From an uncultured Chloroflexia bacterium (GTDB lineage: Bacteria > Chloroflexota > Chloroflexia > QHBQ01 > JADMIH01), in the NCBI GenBank assembly GCA_963797095.1, contig CAWCNY010000002.1, positions 192,001-256,000 of the forward strand: a DNA stretch of 64,000 bases, read 5' to 3'. Below, piece by piece: positions 10,428-20,953 of the stretch. Made by a program: the position numbers and the translations under genes. A model generated the notes under the pieces. That model ran no database searches, had not been told where the DNA came from, and worked only from the letters and a program-made list of their open reading frames with translations. Numbering within the stretch: position 1 is the first letter of the stretch; every line of letters begins with the position of its first letter.

Positions 10428-12434
10428 ATGATGGAGAAAATCGAGAAGAGCTATTTGTTTCTTATTGCCGCTGCTTTGTTCATGGGCGTCTTACTATTGA
10501 GCGCCTGCGGCGACGAACAAGCGACTTCCACTCCTGTGCAACCTACCATCACGCCCGCACAAGCAGGACTTGGGGTCGATTCCACTTTCCCACCATTTGC
10601 CACAAAGACGGATGTGCCGATCCCAATAGATAGAGAGTCCGCCACTCCCACCACCATAGGGATACCCGGTGGTATCCTGACGGCCATCGCCAGGACGACG
10701 CCTACTACTGAGGTGCTGGGGCAGATCATGGCCGATATAGATTTCCGCCCCAATCCGGACGGCTATAGCTTTGAGAACTACGCAGGCAAGAAGAAGAACG
10801 GCAAGCCCGTACCGGAGCTATTTGTTGACGACCTCCAGAAGATGTTCGGTGATGCTGAAGTGTGCGTCAAGGTCGAGAACGGCATATGTACCCCCAGGCA
10901 AGAAGCGCTCGATTGGCTTGCCATGGTGAACTCTCAGGTTCCCGGCGGGCACTGCGAAGGTATGGCGGTGTCGAGCTTGCTCTTTTTCAAGGACCTGGAT
11001 ACGCCCTCTAATTACGGTGATGCGGCAGAAACTACCTACGACCTACAGTTCGCCGACCCGATAAAAAGGGTCATAAGCTACTATTATTACTTGCAATACG
11101 TCGATCCCGTAGCAACTGACTACTTTAATGAGCAGCAGATCAAGCCGTCAGAGGTCCTGGACAAAGTTATAGCTTCAATGCAGAACGGCGATCCTGACCC
11201 TGTCAATCTGGGGTTTTATGGTGGACCGCTCGATAAGGACGGCTATCAAGCAGGGCACTCGATTACACCTTATTCAGTAGAGGATAGGGGCAATGGCATC
11301 TACTGGATACATGTTTATGACAATAACTGGCCTAATCTCGCAACTGCTTACATGGAAATAAATCGCAATAACGAGACCTGGGCGTACGACCTGAGCGCCA
11401 AGAACCCTGACTATAAGCCTGAGGTGTGGGAGGGCGATGCAGACACCAAGACGCTGGCGGCCCTTCCGCTCTCCGACCGCACCGGCACTCTGATTTGCCC
11501 CTGGTGCGATGATAGCTCGGGGGGTGGTTTGCCCGGCACTTCCAGCAGTTCGACAGAAGTGTTCGGATCGGCGCTTAAGACTTTGGCCCCCAATCTATCG
11601 CTGGTCAATTCAACTGTATGGAGCGGCCAGGGAAGCACGGCACAAGGGAGCTCAGATATGCAAGTAATCCTGCAAGGAGATGGCAGCCTGCTTATTGAGA
11701 ACAGCAAAGGCCAGAAGCTTGGGTATGACGGTACAAAGCTGGTCAAAGATATACCGGGAGGCCGGGTAATCATCCCCAGGGCGGGGCCGGGAGTGGCGGT
11801 CCAGCCGGTTTACTTCGTTCCCAGGGGAGATGCTTACAATATTACGCTGAATGGGCAGGCGGTTCAGGCGGGAGCTACGGGCACCAGCAGCCTGTCGCTG
11901 TTCGGGCAGGGGATGGCCGTCACAGTGCAGGATATCCAGTTGAACCGGGGCGACCAGCACAAACTCAGCATCTCGGCGGATTCTCAGACGCTCAGCTTTG
12001 TGTCGGGCAACAATAGTTCGGCAGCGCTCAAGCCCACCTTCCGTATTTCTACTACAGTGAAGTCAGGGGCGGGCGCGCTGCTGGGAGGCACCACCAGCTA
12101 CCAGTTCCAGTTGGGTAATGTTGACCTCACGAAGGGCCAGCAACTGGACTTTTCGCTGAGTAAGCCGACGGGCGAGTTGGATGTCAAGGCTACAGGAGGC
12201 TCATCCAGCGGAAGCAGATATGACCTGGATATCATCAGGGCGGCTGAGAACGGCACACAAGCGTTCAGCCAGAAGAATGTGAGCCTAAATACGAACGATA
12301 CACACCAATTCAACTTCGGCAACTGGAAGACCCAGCCGGTGAGCATCGATATAGATCACGGCAGCACGGGCAAGATCATGGAGAAGCAGCCTGTACCATC
12401 CGCTCCTCTGCCTACGCCCACACCTGAGCAGTAA
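10428..12434 (+). CDS. Lipoprotein with a possible papain/transglutaminase-like Cys-His-Asp domain
   Basis: Lipobox LLSAC; GGHCEGMA, AGHSITPY and HVYDNNWP motifs. Catalytic role is inferred. Confidence 0.6.
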   Translation: MMEKIEKSYLFLIAAALFMGVLLLSACGDEQATSTPVQPTITPAQAGLGVDSTFPPFATKTDVPIPIDRESATPTTIGIPGGILTAIARTTPTTEVLGQIMADIDFRPNPDGYSFENYAGKKKNGKPVPELFVDDLQKMFGDAEVCVKVENGICTPRQEALDWLAMVNSQVPGGHCEGMAVSSLLFFKDLDTPSNYGDAAETTYDLQFADPIKRVISYYYYLQYVDPVATDYFNEQQIKPSEVLDKVIASMQNGDPDPVNLGFYGGPLDKDGYQAGHSITPYSVEDRGNGIYWIHVYDNNWPNLATAYMEINRNNETWAYDLSAKNPDYKPEVWEGDADTKTLAALPLSDRTGTLICPWCDDSSGGGLPGTSSSSTEVFGSALKTLAPNLSLVNSTVWSGQGSTAQGSSDMQVILQGDGSLLIENSKGQKLGYDGTKLVKDIPGGRVIIPRAGPGVAVQPVYFVPRGDAYNITLNGQAVQAGATGTSSLSLFGQGMAVTVQDIQLNRGDQHKLSISADSQTLSFVSGNNSSAALKPTFRISTTVKSGAGALLGGTTSYQFQLGNVDLTKGQQLDFSLSKPTGELDVKATGGSSSGSRYDLDIIRAAENGTQAFSQKNVSLNTNDTHQFNFGNWKTQPVSIDIDHGSTGKIMEKQPVPSAPLPTPTPEQ

Positions 12435-12441
12435 TGTCCGG

Positions 12442-12975
12442 ATGTCACGTGACGTTTGTCCATCGAGATTCTGGACCAGCCCGCGAGTCATCCCGTGTCC
12501 GTCACCTCTGGGCGGCACGGGTGGCTTCGCGGCAGCGCCTATCAAGGCCGGTGAGATAGTACAGGTGATAGGCGGCACTCTGCTGACCACGCAGCAGTTG
12601 TTGGACGCCTTCAAGGAGCGCGACGCTACAGGACGCTATCTGAATTGCGTGCAGCTAGATGAAGACCTGCACCTGGCCGACCTGGACGATACGCTGGATG
12701 TGCCCTTCAACCACTCCTGCGAGCCTAACCTCTGGATGGCCGACGAGATAAAGGTGGTGGCTCGCCGCGACATCGCCCCCGGTGAGGAGTTGACGCTAGA
12801 TTACGCTCTGCAAACGGCGCAGCCGGTACCGTTACTTGAAGTCATGTGTCGATGCGGGTCTCCACTGTGCCGAGGTATCATTACGGGCAATGACTGGCGG
12901 TTACCTGAGTTGCAAGAGCGTTACCAGGGGCATTTCTCGCCTTTCATCAACAGGCGCATAGCTTCCGCCAGATAA
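12442..12975 (+). CDS. SET-domain protein-lysine methyltransferase
   Basis: FNHSCEPN, RDIAPGEELTLDY and post-SET CRCGSPLCRG. Confidence 0.9.
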   Translation: MSRDVCPSRFWTSPRVIPCPSPLGGTGGFAAAPIKAGEIVQVIGGTLLTTQQLLDAFKERDATGRYLNCVQLDEDLHLADLDDTLDVPFNHSCEPNLWMADEIKVVARRDIAPGEELTLDYALQTAQPVPLLEVMCRCGSPLCRGIITGNDWRLPELQERYQGHFSPFINRRIASAR

Positions 12976-13021
12976 TATTTGTATCTTGCTCGGATAAGGT
13001 CCGATGCTCATAGATGCGCTT

Positions 13022-13795
13022 TTAGCGTCCGAACAGGCTACCGAAAAGCCCCCTGCGCCGTGCAGGCTCTATCGGCTCAGGTACGATCTCCCGGTTTGCA
13101 AGCAGCAACTCTGGGTTCGTCTGGACCATGAGGCCGACCAACTCTCTACCCACCATATCTTCAGCCGTTCGCAACGCTTCGCGCACCCTTGGGCTGCGCC
13201 ATCTTACGCTATGCGAATCGGTGGCGATAAACTGCACCAGATTATGCCTGAGCAACGCCTCGGCGCACTTCTCGGTTGGCCCGCCGTGCTCGCCCAACAA
13301 AGCTGCCGCCGTTACCTGAGCCAGGACACCTCTCTCGGCAAGCTCGTACATCTTGTGCAGATCGGATTGGATGGCGGTATATCGCTCCGGGTGCGCCAGT
13401 ATGGGGACATATCCCGCAAGCTGTAATGCGAACAGAGCATCATCGGCGTATGTGGGCCACGGCTGGTATGGCACCTCCACCAGCACGTACTTGCTGCCCG
13501 CCAGGGTCCATAGCCACCCTGCTTTCAAGTCGTCAACGGTATCGGGCCGCAGGAAAATCTCGACCCCTAATTCCAGCCTGACCTCTGCACCTGCCTCGTA
13601 CCAGGCGGCTCTGACCTGCTCCAACCGGGCCTTCATACCTGTGTGCCCAACCTGAGACGCCTCTGCGCTGTGTGAGGTGGAGATAACTACCCCGATCCCC
13701 TCTTCCGCCATAAGAAGTCCCATGCCTACGGATGTTTCCATATCGGTCGGACCATCGTCCAGTGCCGGAATTATGTGGGTGTGAATATCAATCAT
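13022..13795 (-). CDS. CpsB/YwqE-family PHP tyrosine-protein phosphatase
   Basis: MIDIHTHIIPALDDGP, STSH, LAHPERY, ATDSH. Start set at ATG 13795; the upstream ORF extension is heptamer repeats. Confidence 0.9.
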   Translation of the reverse strand: MIDIHTHIIPALDDGPTDMETSVGMGLLMAEEGIGVVISTSHSAEASQVGHTGMKARLEQVRAAWYEAGAEVRLELGVEIFLRPDTVDDLKAGWLWTLAGSKYVLVEVPYQPWPTYADDALFALQLAGYVPILAHPERYTAIQSDLHKMYELAERGVLAQVTAAALLGEHGGPTEKCAEALLRHNLVQFIATDSHSVRWRSPRVREALRTAEDMVGRELVGLMVQTNPELLLANREIVPEPIEPARRRGLFGSLFGR

Positions 13796-13797
13796 AG

Positions 13798-13950
13798 ACG
13801 AGGGACGAAGGATGAAGGATGAAGGACGAAAGTAGTCGGTAGTCGGTAGTCGGAGGACGAGTGACCAGTGACCAATGACGAATGACGAGTGACCAATGAC
13901 GAGTGAATAAGCAGTACGCAATACACAATAGGCAGTAAATCACGTATCAC
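13798..13950. repeat. Mosaic of short heptamer tandem repeats (GACGAAG, TAGTCGG, GACCAAT/GACGAGT, TACGCAA types)
   Basis: Read directly; fills the intergenic space. Confidence 0.8.
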
Positions 13951-13952
13951 AT

Positions 13953-14654
13953 TTATCCATAGTATGCGTAGGCGCTTTTGTCTATTTGGGCGTTGTTCAG
14001 CACCACACCCAGGATGTTTGCGTTTACCTGGCGGAGCATATCGCGGGCCTTTACTGCCAGGTCGCGTTTTGTCTTGCCCGCGTTGATCACGATCAGCACG
14101 CCATCCACTCTGGACGCTAGCACCGCTGCATCTGTGACGGCAATAATAGGTGGAGTGTCAATCAAAACGTACTCGGCTCCTCCCCTGATTAGAGCCAGCA
14201 CCTCCGCCATCCTTTGCGAGGCGAGTATCTCCGCCGGGTTGGGTGGCACCGGGCCGCCGGTCAGCACCTGGAGGTTTTCGACCTGTGTCGCCTGGAGGGG
14301 CAGCTTTGGCACCTCGCCCGCCTTGATGCGAGCCATCTCGGCTACCAGGGTGGTTAGCCCTGTCTCGTTCGATAGGCCGAATATGGTGTGCAGGTGTGGT
14401 CTGCGCAGGTCGGCATCTACCAGCACCGTGGGCGACCCTGCCGCCGCGAATGTGATCGCGAGGTTGGCGATCGTGGTGGATTTGCCGTCGTCCGGACTGG
14501 TGGAGGTCACCAACATTGTATGCACAGGCTTATCGGGACTTGCAAAGGTAATGTTCGTCCGCAGGGTCCGATACGCCTCGGCTGCCGCCGATTTCGGCTC
14601 GGAGTAAGCCACCAGGCCCGCCTCGCTCTCTTTTGTTGCTCTCACTTTAGCCAA
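13953..14654 (-). CDS. CpsD/CapB-family bacterial tyrosine kinase
   Basis: AEAYRTLRTNI, Walker A DDGKSTT, VDADLRRP, LIDTPP, C-terminal Tyr cluster YAYYG. Confidence 0.92.
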   Translation of the reverse strand: MAKVRATKESEAGLVAYSEPKSAAAEAYRTLRTNITFASPDKPVHTMLVTSTSPDDGKSTTIANLAITFAAAGSPTVLVDADLRRPHLHTIFGLSNETGLTTLVAEMARIKAGEVPKLPLQATQVENLQVLTGGPVPPNPAEILASQRMAEVLALIRGGAEYVLIDTPPIIAVTDAAVLASRVDGVLIVINAGKTKRDLAVKARDMLRQVNANILGVVLNNAQIDKSAYAYYG

Positions 14655-14723
14655 TTGTGTCTCCCTTTTCCCTGTAGGCTTGTTCTACTTGCTCTTGGTT
14701 GATACTGCGTGTACTGACGGCGC

Positions 14724-15398
14724 TCAAACTTTGCCCTTCGGAATAATACCAACCGTGTTGACCCCGACATACTTCTGAACGTCCGACGCTGTTTTCAGGG
14801 TTGTATCCAACAATTCCAACCCGATCGCCAACAACAGGCCAAGCATAAGGCCGAATAGCCCCGCTGCTATTCCGTACAGTTTGGGGCGGGGCTGGTATGG
14901 CTCCTGGGGCACAGAAGCGGGTTGGGTTACCACCCACTCCACGCGCTGGCCTGTGGCGTTGGCCTGCTGGTTCTGCGATGCCTGCACCTCAATAAACGCG
15001 TTTGATACCGCCTCGGCCACCTGGGCGGCCACCAGTCCGTCGGCATGGTCCACGGTCATCACTATAGATTGGTTGTTGGGGAGCGCCTGCGTTTTGAGCA
15101 CCAGCGTGTTGGGATCGACATCGGCAATCGGATCTCCGTATCTGCCGTCTATCACCGAAGCGATGAACGTAGAGCTTGCCATCTGGCTCGCGTTGGTCGC
15201 CAACTGCTTCTGGATCGCCTCAATGGTGCCGTTGTCGGGCGGCACAAACTCGGCTGCAATAGTAACCTGCGCCTGGTAGATACGCGGCTGCATATCGCTG
15301 GCGATATAGGCGGCTGCGGCTGCGGCAATCGTCACGATCACTACCAGCCACCACCGCTTCCTCAGCCCATTCAGGATTTGTTGAAAGTCAAGCTGCAT
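14724..15398 (-). CDS. Wzz/CpsC-like polysaccharide co-polymerase / kinase activator
   Basis: LRKRWWLVVI N-terminal TM, PYQPRP, C-terminal TM, LELLDTTLK...VGIIP. Start set at MQLDF (15398). Confidence 0.8.
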   Translation of the reverse strand: MQLDFQQILNGLRKRWWLVVIVTIAAAAAAYIASDMQPRIYQAQVTIAAEFVPPDNGTIEAIQKQLATNASQMASSTFIASVIDGRYGDPIADVDPNTLVLKTQALPNNQSIVMTVDHADGLVAAQVAEAVSNAFIEVQASQNQQANATGQRVEWVVTQPASVPQEPYQPRPKLYGIAAGLFGLMLGLLLAIGLELLDTTLKTASDVQKYVGVNTVGIIPKGKV

Positions 15399-15465
15399 TT
15401 TTATAACGAAAGACAAAGGACGAGTGACGAAGGACGGTTCGTTTACATTAGTCCTTCGTCTACTA

Positions 15466-16302
15466 CTACGTGCGTGGTATGGCTCCCAGCACCGGCAAGT
15501 CCAGCACTCTGGTTGCATCGTGCTCATCGCGTACGCTGCTATCCAGGTATTCCAGCAAGAAGGCCACCGCAAGCGCTATCGCCACTCCTATGATCACGCG
15601 GATCGCCGCATTGAGAATATCTTTGCTTCGACTCGATTCGATATTGAAGATGCCTACAGTGTCTATCTGAGTGAAAACGCCCTCATCATCGACCATTGTG
15701 CCCTGTATCGGCTTCATTTTGGCATCGGCCAATACAGTTCCCGAAGCATCCGCGATTGCCTTGGCGACGTCGGGATCGTTCGCCGTGATTAGCAGCCTAA
15801 GCTCTCGGTGGCGTCTATCCGATCCGATCCCCTGCTTGATATCCTGCGCCGTTAGCTTGCTGATGTTGTCTTCTAGCTGCTCTGTTGCTTCCGATCCCCT
15901 CAAGGTAGGTGTTTCGCCCGGCTTGGCGGCAGCTTTGATCTGGTTGTTCAGATCCTCAATTTCCTTCTGGGCAAAGAACGGCTCATTCATCGTGGCGAGC
16001 ACGCTATTGGCAAAAGCGTCGCTGGTGGTGATCTGTGTGTAATCGTCTACCAGGAACTCTGAGCCGAACCAATTGTAGTATCTGTTGAACGTAAATACGA
16101 GGTCGCCCGGCTCGCCGTATAATCCAGGTGTGCTGGTATTGTCGGGTGTAGGCTCCTGGCGAGTGATGAACCTGACCTGCGTGTCAAAGCTCTTTTTGGT
16201 GGTCAGCAGCAGGTAACTGCTGAACGCTGCTGCAATAACGATGATTGCAAGCACCAGCCAGCGCCTTTTCCATATAACGTTCCAATACTGTCGCAGTTCC
16301 AT
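15466..16302 (-). CDS. Second Wzz/CpsC-like protein
   Basis: MELRQYWNVIWKRRWLVL and LLEYLDSSVRDE...LDLPVLGAIP. Start set at 16302. Confidence 0.8.
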   Translation of the reverse strand: MELRQYWNVIWKRRWLVLAIIVIAAAFSSYLLLTTKKSFDTQVRFITRQEPTPDNTSTPGLYGEPGDLVFTFNRYYNWFGSEFLVDDYTQITTSDAFANSVLATMNEPFFAQKEIEDLNNQIKAAAKPGETPTLRGSEATEQLEDNISKLTAQDIKQGIGSDRRHRELRLLITANDPDVAKAIADASGTVLADAKMKPIQGTMVDDEGVFTQIDTVGIFNIESSRSKDILNAAIRVIIGVAIALAVAFLLEYLDSSVRDEHDATRVLDLPVLGAIPRT

Positions 16303-16418
16303 GTTTCTCCTTGGATCCTGAAACGTGATAACTTTGAACGAGTGACGAGTGGGAGAGAGATTAGATAAGCAGTACGCACTACGCACTACGCACTACGCAC
16401 TACGTCACCTATCGCATT

Positions 16419-17012
16419 TCACTCTTTGTTCTCCGGTATCAGCGAGAATACCAGCGTATTTCTTGCGGTTCCATCCGGAGCCAGGAATTCGTTGCGAAGG
16501 AGACCTTCTTGTTTGTATCCGAGCCTGCGGGCGACGTTCGCGCTACGGATGTTTCGCTCGTCACATTGTATCTCAACTCGTTTCGCGCCCAGCTTGTTGA
16601 ACGCGAAGTTCGTCAGGAGCTGCACAGCTTCCATCATATAGCCGTGTCCCTCGGCGGATGCGCGCAGCCAGTAACCTATCTCGAACGAGGGTATGCTCCA
16701 CTCGCGTGGGTGCAGCCCTGTGCCGCCGAGATAGCGCCCTGTTGCCGCGTCAAGTATCGCGCAGTTCATGCTCTGGCGCAATATCCATTTTGCGCGCTGC
16801 TCAATGATCCAGATAAGGCTCTCTTCCACCGTCTGGTGGAAGTCGGCGAAGGGGAGCCACGGGCGGATATGCTCGCGTGACTCGGCCACCGACTCATACA
16901 GAGCAGGCGCGTCCTCCTCCCGATATGGGCGAACAATCACCCTCTCGCCGCGCAACTCCTCAAAAAACGGTATAAGCAGAGGGTTGGTTGTTTTCTCTTG
17001 ATCTTCGGCCAT
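16419..17012 (-). CDS. GNAT acetyltransferase, RimJ/RimL family
   Basis: EIGYWL, GHGYMMEA, NIRSANVARRLGYKQEG. Confidence 0.88.
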   Translation of the reverse strand: MAEDQEKTTNPLLIPFFEELRGERVIVRPYREEDAPALYESVAESREHIRPWLPFADFHQTVEESLIWIIEQRAKWILRQSMNCAILDAATGRYLGGTGLHPREWSIPSFEIGYWLRASAEGHGYMMEAVQLLTNFAFNKLGAKRVEIQCDERNIRSANVARRLGYKQEGLLRNEFLAPDGTARNTLVFSLIPENKE

Positions 17013-17047
17013 AGTTGGTCTTAGAGAGGCAAGTTTCAGGCCTGCCT

Positions 17048-18217
17048 TTACCTGCTGTCCTGGTTCTCCATCTGGGACAGGCATGCATCTATGAACGCGA
17101 CCACCTTGCCCTTGAACACCTCGGTATCGAATCCCTTGGCATGCTGCCTGATGGCACGTGGGTTGTACCTGCTGTCGTCGAATTTGCTAACGGTTTCGGC
17201 CAGGCACTCAACAGACTGAGTTTTGAAGAACTCGCCTGTGACGCCGGGCACTATTGTTTCGAGCGCGCCGCCTGCCTCGTAAGCGATCACTGGACGCCCG
17301 GAAGCGTGGGCCTCTAGAGGGGTGATCCCGAAGTCCTCAACGCCGGGGAAGATGAACGCCCGGCAGTTGGCGTATAACTCCTTTAGTTTACCATCGTTTA
17401 CCGATCCGAGGAACTCGATGTTCGAGCCTGCCCTGGCCCTCAACTGGGCCTCCTGCCTCCCCTTTCCAACCACTTTCAGCGGCAGCTTGAGGCGAGTGAA
17501 GGCATCGATCACTATATCGAGCCGCTTGTACGGGATCATTCGTGATACTACCAGGAAGTAGTCGGCGTGACTGCCATCCTCGTGTGGCCTGTAGAGCTTC
17601 GTATTGACAGGAGGGTTGATGACGGTGGCCTGTCGCCCGTACCTCTTGCGTATTCTGCGCGCCACCATTCGTGAATTCGCCAGAAATGCATCCACGCGCC
17701 GAGATGAAACTTCGTCCCACATCCTGATGAAGGTCATCATAAAGGGCAAAACAAATCTCACCCTCCGGACCCAACTCTCACGCTGCACATAATCATGGTA
17801 GTTCCACGCGAAGCGCATCGGTGTATGGCAGTAGCAAACGTGCAGAGCGTTGGGTTCAGTGATGACTCCCTTGGCGAAGGCGCTGCTGCTGCTCAGGATT
17901 ACCCTGTATTGAGATAGATCGAACTTCTCGAACGCTACAGGGTAGAGCGGCAAGTATATCTGGTGCAACTCCTCGACCTTTGGCAGCCTTTGCATGAAAG
18001 AGGTGCGTATCTTCCAGTTTTGGTACTGCTCAGGCATCTTTTGTGGCGCGTAAACTGAGGTGTAGACAGGAGCGGATGGGTAAATATCGTGCAGCGCTTC
18101 CAGCACGCGTTCGGCCCCGCCGTACTGGTTTAAATAATCATGGACCAGCGCCACGTTTGATTGTGGATCGCCCATTTCGGGCGATGCCCAGGAGCTTGCG
18201 GTTTGCGGATTGATCAT
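17048..18217 (-). CDS. Glycosyltransferase family 4
   Basis: VALVHDYLNQYGGAERVL, YCHTPMR, EDFGITPLEA. Confidence 0.9.
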   Translation of the reverse strand: MINPQTASSWASPEMGDPQSNVALVHDYLNQYGGAERVLEALHDIYPSAPVYTSVYAPQKMPEQYQNWKIRTSFMQRLPKVEELHQIYLPLYPVAFEKFDLSQYRVILSSSSAFAKGVITEPNALHVCYCHTPMRFAWNYHDYVQRESWVRRVRFVLPFMMTFIRMWDEVSSRRVDAFLANSRMVARRIRKRYGRQATVINPPVNTKLYRPHEDGSHADYFLVVSRMIPYKRLDIVIDAFTRLKLPLKVVGKGRQEAQLRARAGSNIEFLGSVNDGKLKELYANCRAFIFPGVEDFGITPLEAHASGRPVIAYEAGGALETIVPGVTGEFFKTQSVECLAETVSKFDDSRYNPRAIRQHAKGFDTEVFKGKVVAFIDACLSQMENQDSR

Positions 18218-18298
18218 AATTGCTCGATGTATTTCGTCCTTCCCGGTTAGTTTGCCACTGCTAGGGGTGGCATAAAACAGTTTTAGCTGTCTAAAGTA

Positions 18299-18327
18299 TT
18301 GAAAATAAGTGAGTTATGCGCTATAAT
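18299..18327 (+). promoter_or_regulatory. Sigma70-type promoter of sufB
   Basis: TTGAAA-17 bp-TATAAT. Confidence 0.6.
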
Positions 18328-18447
18328 TATCATAGAGGAAGAGTCTCCAGGACATAGAGATTGCTCCTATAACACACATTGTACTACAAAAGGCGCGAGG
18401 TGACAGAGCTAACCCAACAGCCGCACCAGGATGGAGGAAAAATCATA

Positions 18448-19860
18448 ATGGCAGATACAAGCACAATCCAGACAGCTACAGGCGCAGACGAGTACCGCTT
18501 CGGGTTCTCCATGCCGGAGAACTATACCTTCAAGTCGCGCAAAGGACTTGATGAGAGGGTGGTACGCGAGATTTCGGCGCTCAAGAATGAACCTGCCTGG
18601 ATGACTAACTTCCGCGTGCGCGCCCTCAAGCTGTTCGAGGCCAAGCCGATCCCGCAGTGGGGCGGTTGGCTGAACGATATCGACTTCAACGACATCTTCT
18701 ACTTCGTGCGCGCTACCGACCGCCAGGGTTCGACCTGGGAGGATGTGCCCTCTGAGGTAAAGGATACCTTCGACAGGTTGGGCATCCCGGAGGCCGAGAA
18801 GAAGTACCTCGCGGGCGTGGGCGCTCAATACGAGTCGGAAGTGGTTTACCACTCGCTTCGTGAGGACCTGCAAAAGCAGGGCGTGATCTTCGCGGATATG
18901 GACACGGCGGTGCGTGACTACCCCGACATTGTGCGCCAGTATTTCAGTACAATTATACCGGCAGGCGACAATAAGTTCGCTTCGCTCAATTCGGCGGTGT
19001 GGTCGGGCGGCTCGTTCGTGTACATACCTGAGGGGGTGCACGTCGACATACCGTTGCAGGCTTACTTCCGCATCAACGCCCAGAACATGGGGCAATTCGA
19101 GCGGACGCTGATTATCGCCGAGCCTGGGTCTTACGTACACTATATCGAGGGATGCACCGCGCCCACGTATTCCACCAACTCGCTGCACTCGGCTGTGGTC
19201 GAGATCATCGTGAAGGAAGGCGCTCGAGTGCGCTACACGACGATCCAGAACTGGTCGCACAACGTTTATAACCTGGTGACCAAGAGGGCCGCCGCTTACA
19301 GGGATGCGACGATGGAGTGGGTGGACGGCAACCTTGGCTCCAAGCTGACGATGAAGTACCCTGCGGTATGGCTGATGGAGCCGGGCGCGAGAGGCGATGT
19401 ACTTTCGATTGCGTTCGCGGGCAACGGCCAGCACCAGGATGCGGGTGCGAAGATGGTACACAAGGCCCCGCACACGACCTCGAACGTAGTGTCGAAGTCG
19501 ATCAGCAAGGGCACGGGCCGGGCCACTTATCGTGGTCTGCTCGAAGTGGCCGACGACGCCAGCGGCTGCAAGGCCAACGTGAAGTGCGACGCACTCCTTA
19601 TCGGCGAGGACGCCCGCTCTGATACCTACCCGACGATCAATGTGGCCAACAACTCCACCACGATCCAGCACGAGGCGACCGTGTCGAAGGTTGGCGAGGA
19701 CCAGTTGTTCTACCTGATGTCGCGTGGTATCTCTGAGAACGAGGCTACCGCGATGGTGGTGAACGGGTTCGTAGAGCCTATCACGAAGGAGATCCCGCTG
19801 GAATACGCAGTCGAGTTGAACAGGCTGATCGAGTTGCAAATGGAAGGCTCTATCGGCTAA
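18448..19860 (+). CDS. sufB: Fe-S cluster assembly protein SufB
   Basis: [52 protein letters not shown]; RBS GGAGG before ATG 18448. Confidence 0.95.
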   Translation: MADTSTIQTATGADEYRFGFSMPENYTFKSRKGLDERVVREISALKNEPAWMTNFRVRALKLFEAKPIPQWGGWLNDIDFNDIFYFVRATDRQGSTWEDVPSEVKDTFDRLGIPEAEKKYLAGVGAQYESEVVYHSLREDLQKQGVIFADMDTAVRDYPDIVRQYFSTIIPAGDNKFASLNSAVWSGGSFVYIPEGVHVDIPLQAYFRINAQNMGQFERTLIIAEPGSYVHYIEGCTAPTYSTNSLHSAVVEIIVKEGARVRYTTIQNWSHNVYNLVTKRAAAYRDATMEWVDGNLGSKLTMKYPAVWLMEPGARGDVLSIAFAGNGQHQDAGAKMVHKAPHTTSNVVSKSISKGTGRATYRGLLEVADDASGCKANVKCDALLIGEDARSDTYPTINVANNSTTIQHEATVSKVGEDQLFYLMSRGISENEATAMVVNGFVEPITKEIPLEYAVELNRLIELQMEGSIG

Positions 19861-19885
19861 GACGCATCTGAGTCCGAGATGTTGG

Positions 19886-19919
19886 GAAGAGAGATACCAC
19901 ACTCGTGGTATCTCTCTTC
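19886..19919 (+). terminator. Hairpin/terminator after sufB
   Basis: GAAGAGAGATACCAC-ACTC-GTGGTATCTCTCTTC. Confidence 0.65.
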
Positions 19920-19930
19920 GCTGTAATAAA

Positions 19931-20860
19931 ATGCCTATATCAGAAGAAAGTCAGCAATTGGCGCGTTTAGCCCACACGATCGAACCTACAAGTAGGCTAC
20001 TTCGACATTGGCCTTTGACGGGCGGTGTGTCCGCGCAGGTCACGGCGGTTGAGATCGAGTTGCCAGATGGCACGACCAGGAAATTGGTAGTACGGCGCTA
20101 CGGCGAGACCGATTCAGGGCGCGACTCGCCCACAATGGCAAACGAGTTCAGGCTCATGCAAGCCGCCCTCTCAGCAGGAATACCGGCACCCGCACCTTAT
20201 TACTGCGACCAATCGGGCGTGATTTTTTCCACGCCGTTTCTGGTGATGGAATACGTCGAAGGTGACACGGTATTCGCACCCTCAGAGGTGCCGGACATAA
20301 TCCCCCGGCTAGCTACGCAACTAGCAAGCATCAATAGGATAGACCCTTTGGTCTTCAATCTGGACTTCCTGCCTCGCCAGGAAGAAGTAATCGCAGGCAT
20401 GCTTGCCAACAGGCCCACGCAGCTTGACGAATCGCTGGCTGAGGGCCGAATCCGCGATGCGCTGGGGGCGGTGTGGCCTCTGCATCAGCACAACCGCTTG
20501 GCCCTGCTGCATGGCGATTACTGGCCGGGTAACATCCTATGGCGGGATGGGACGTTGGTTGCCGTCCTCGATTGGGAAGACGCGGCCGTAGGGGACCCGC
20601 TCGCTGACCTCGCCAACAGCAGGCTTGAAATCCTGTGGGCGTTCGGGATGGACGCTACGCTTGATTTCACCCGTTATTACCTGTCCTTGGTGGAGATAGA
20701 TACCACAAAGCTCCCCTACTGGGACCTGTACGCCGCCTTGCGCCCCGCCGGTAAACTTGCAGATTGGGCCGTCGATGCTGACGAAGAGAAGATGATGCGC
20801 GAAAGGCACAGGTTGTTCGTCGAGCGGGCGTTCAAGAAGCTGTCGGCAAATGTAAGCTAG
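19931..20860 (+). CDS. Aminoglycoside phosphotransferase-family kinase
   Basis: LLHGDYWPGNIL and VLDWEDA motifs. Confidence 0.88.
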   Translation: MPISEESQQLARLAHTIEPTSRLLRHWPLTGGVSAQVTAVEIELPDGTTRKLVVRRYGETDSGRDSPTMANEFRLMQAALSAGIPAPAPYYCDQSGVIFSTPFLVMEYVEGDTVFAPSEVPDIIPRLATQLASINRIDPLVFNLDFLPRQEEVIAGMLANRPTQLDESLAEGRIRDALGAVWPLHQHNRLALLHGDYWPGNILWRDGTLVAVLDWEDAAVGDPLADLANSRLEILWAFGMDATLDFTRYYLSLVEIDTTKLPYWDLYAALRPAGKLADWAVDADEEKMMRERHRLFVERAFKKLSANVS

Positions 20861-20953
20861 GACTAAGAGCCTATACACAGGCAAACCCAGCAGACAGTAT
20901 ACTCTTTCCATGACCAAGTAACGCAACGCGAAGTGTTGGTTGCAGTGTGAATT

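Noticed and set aside
18409-19902. 497-aa ORF antisense to sufB
   Set aside because: Shadow ORF caused by GC-biased codon usage of a conserved gene; no motifs.
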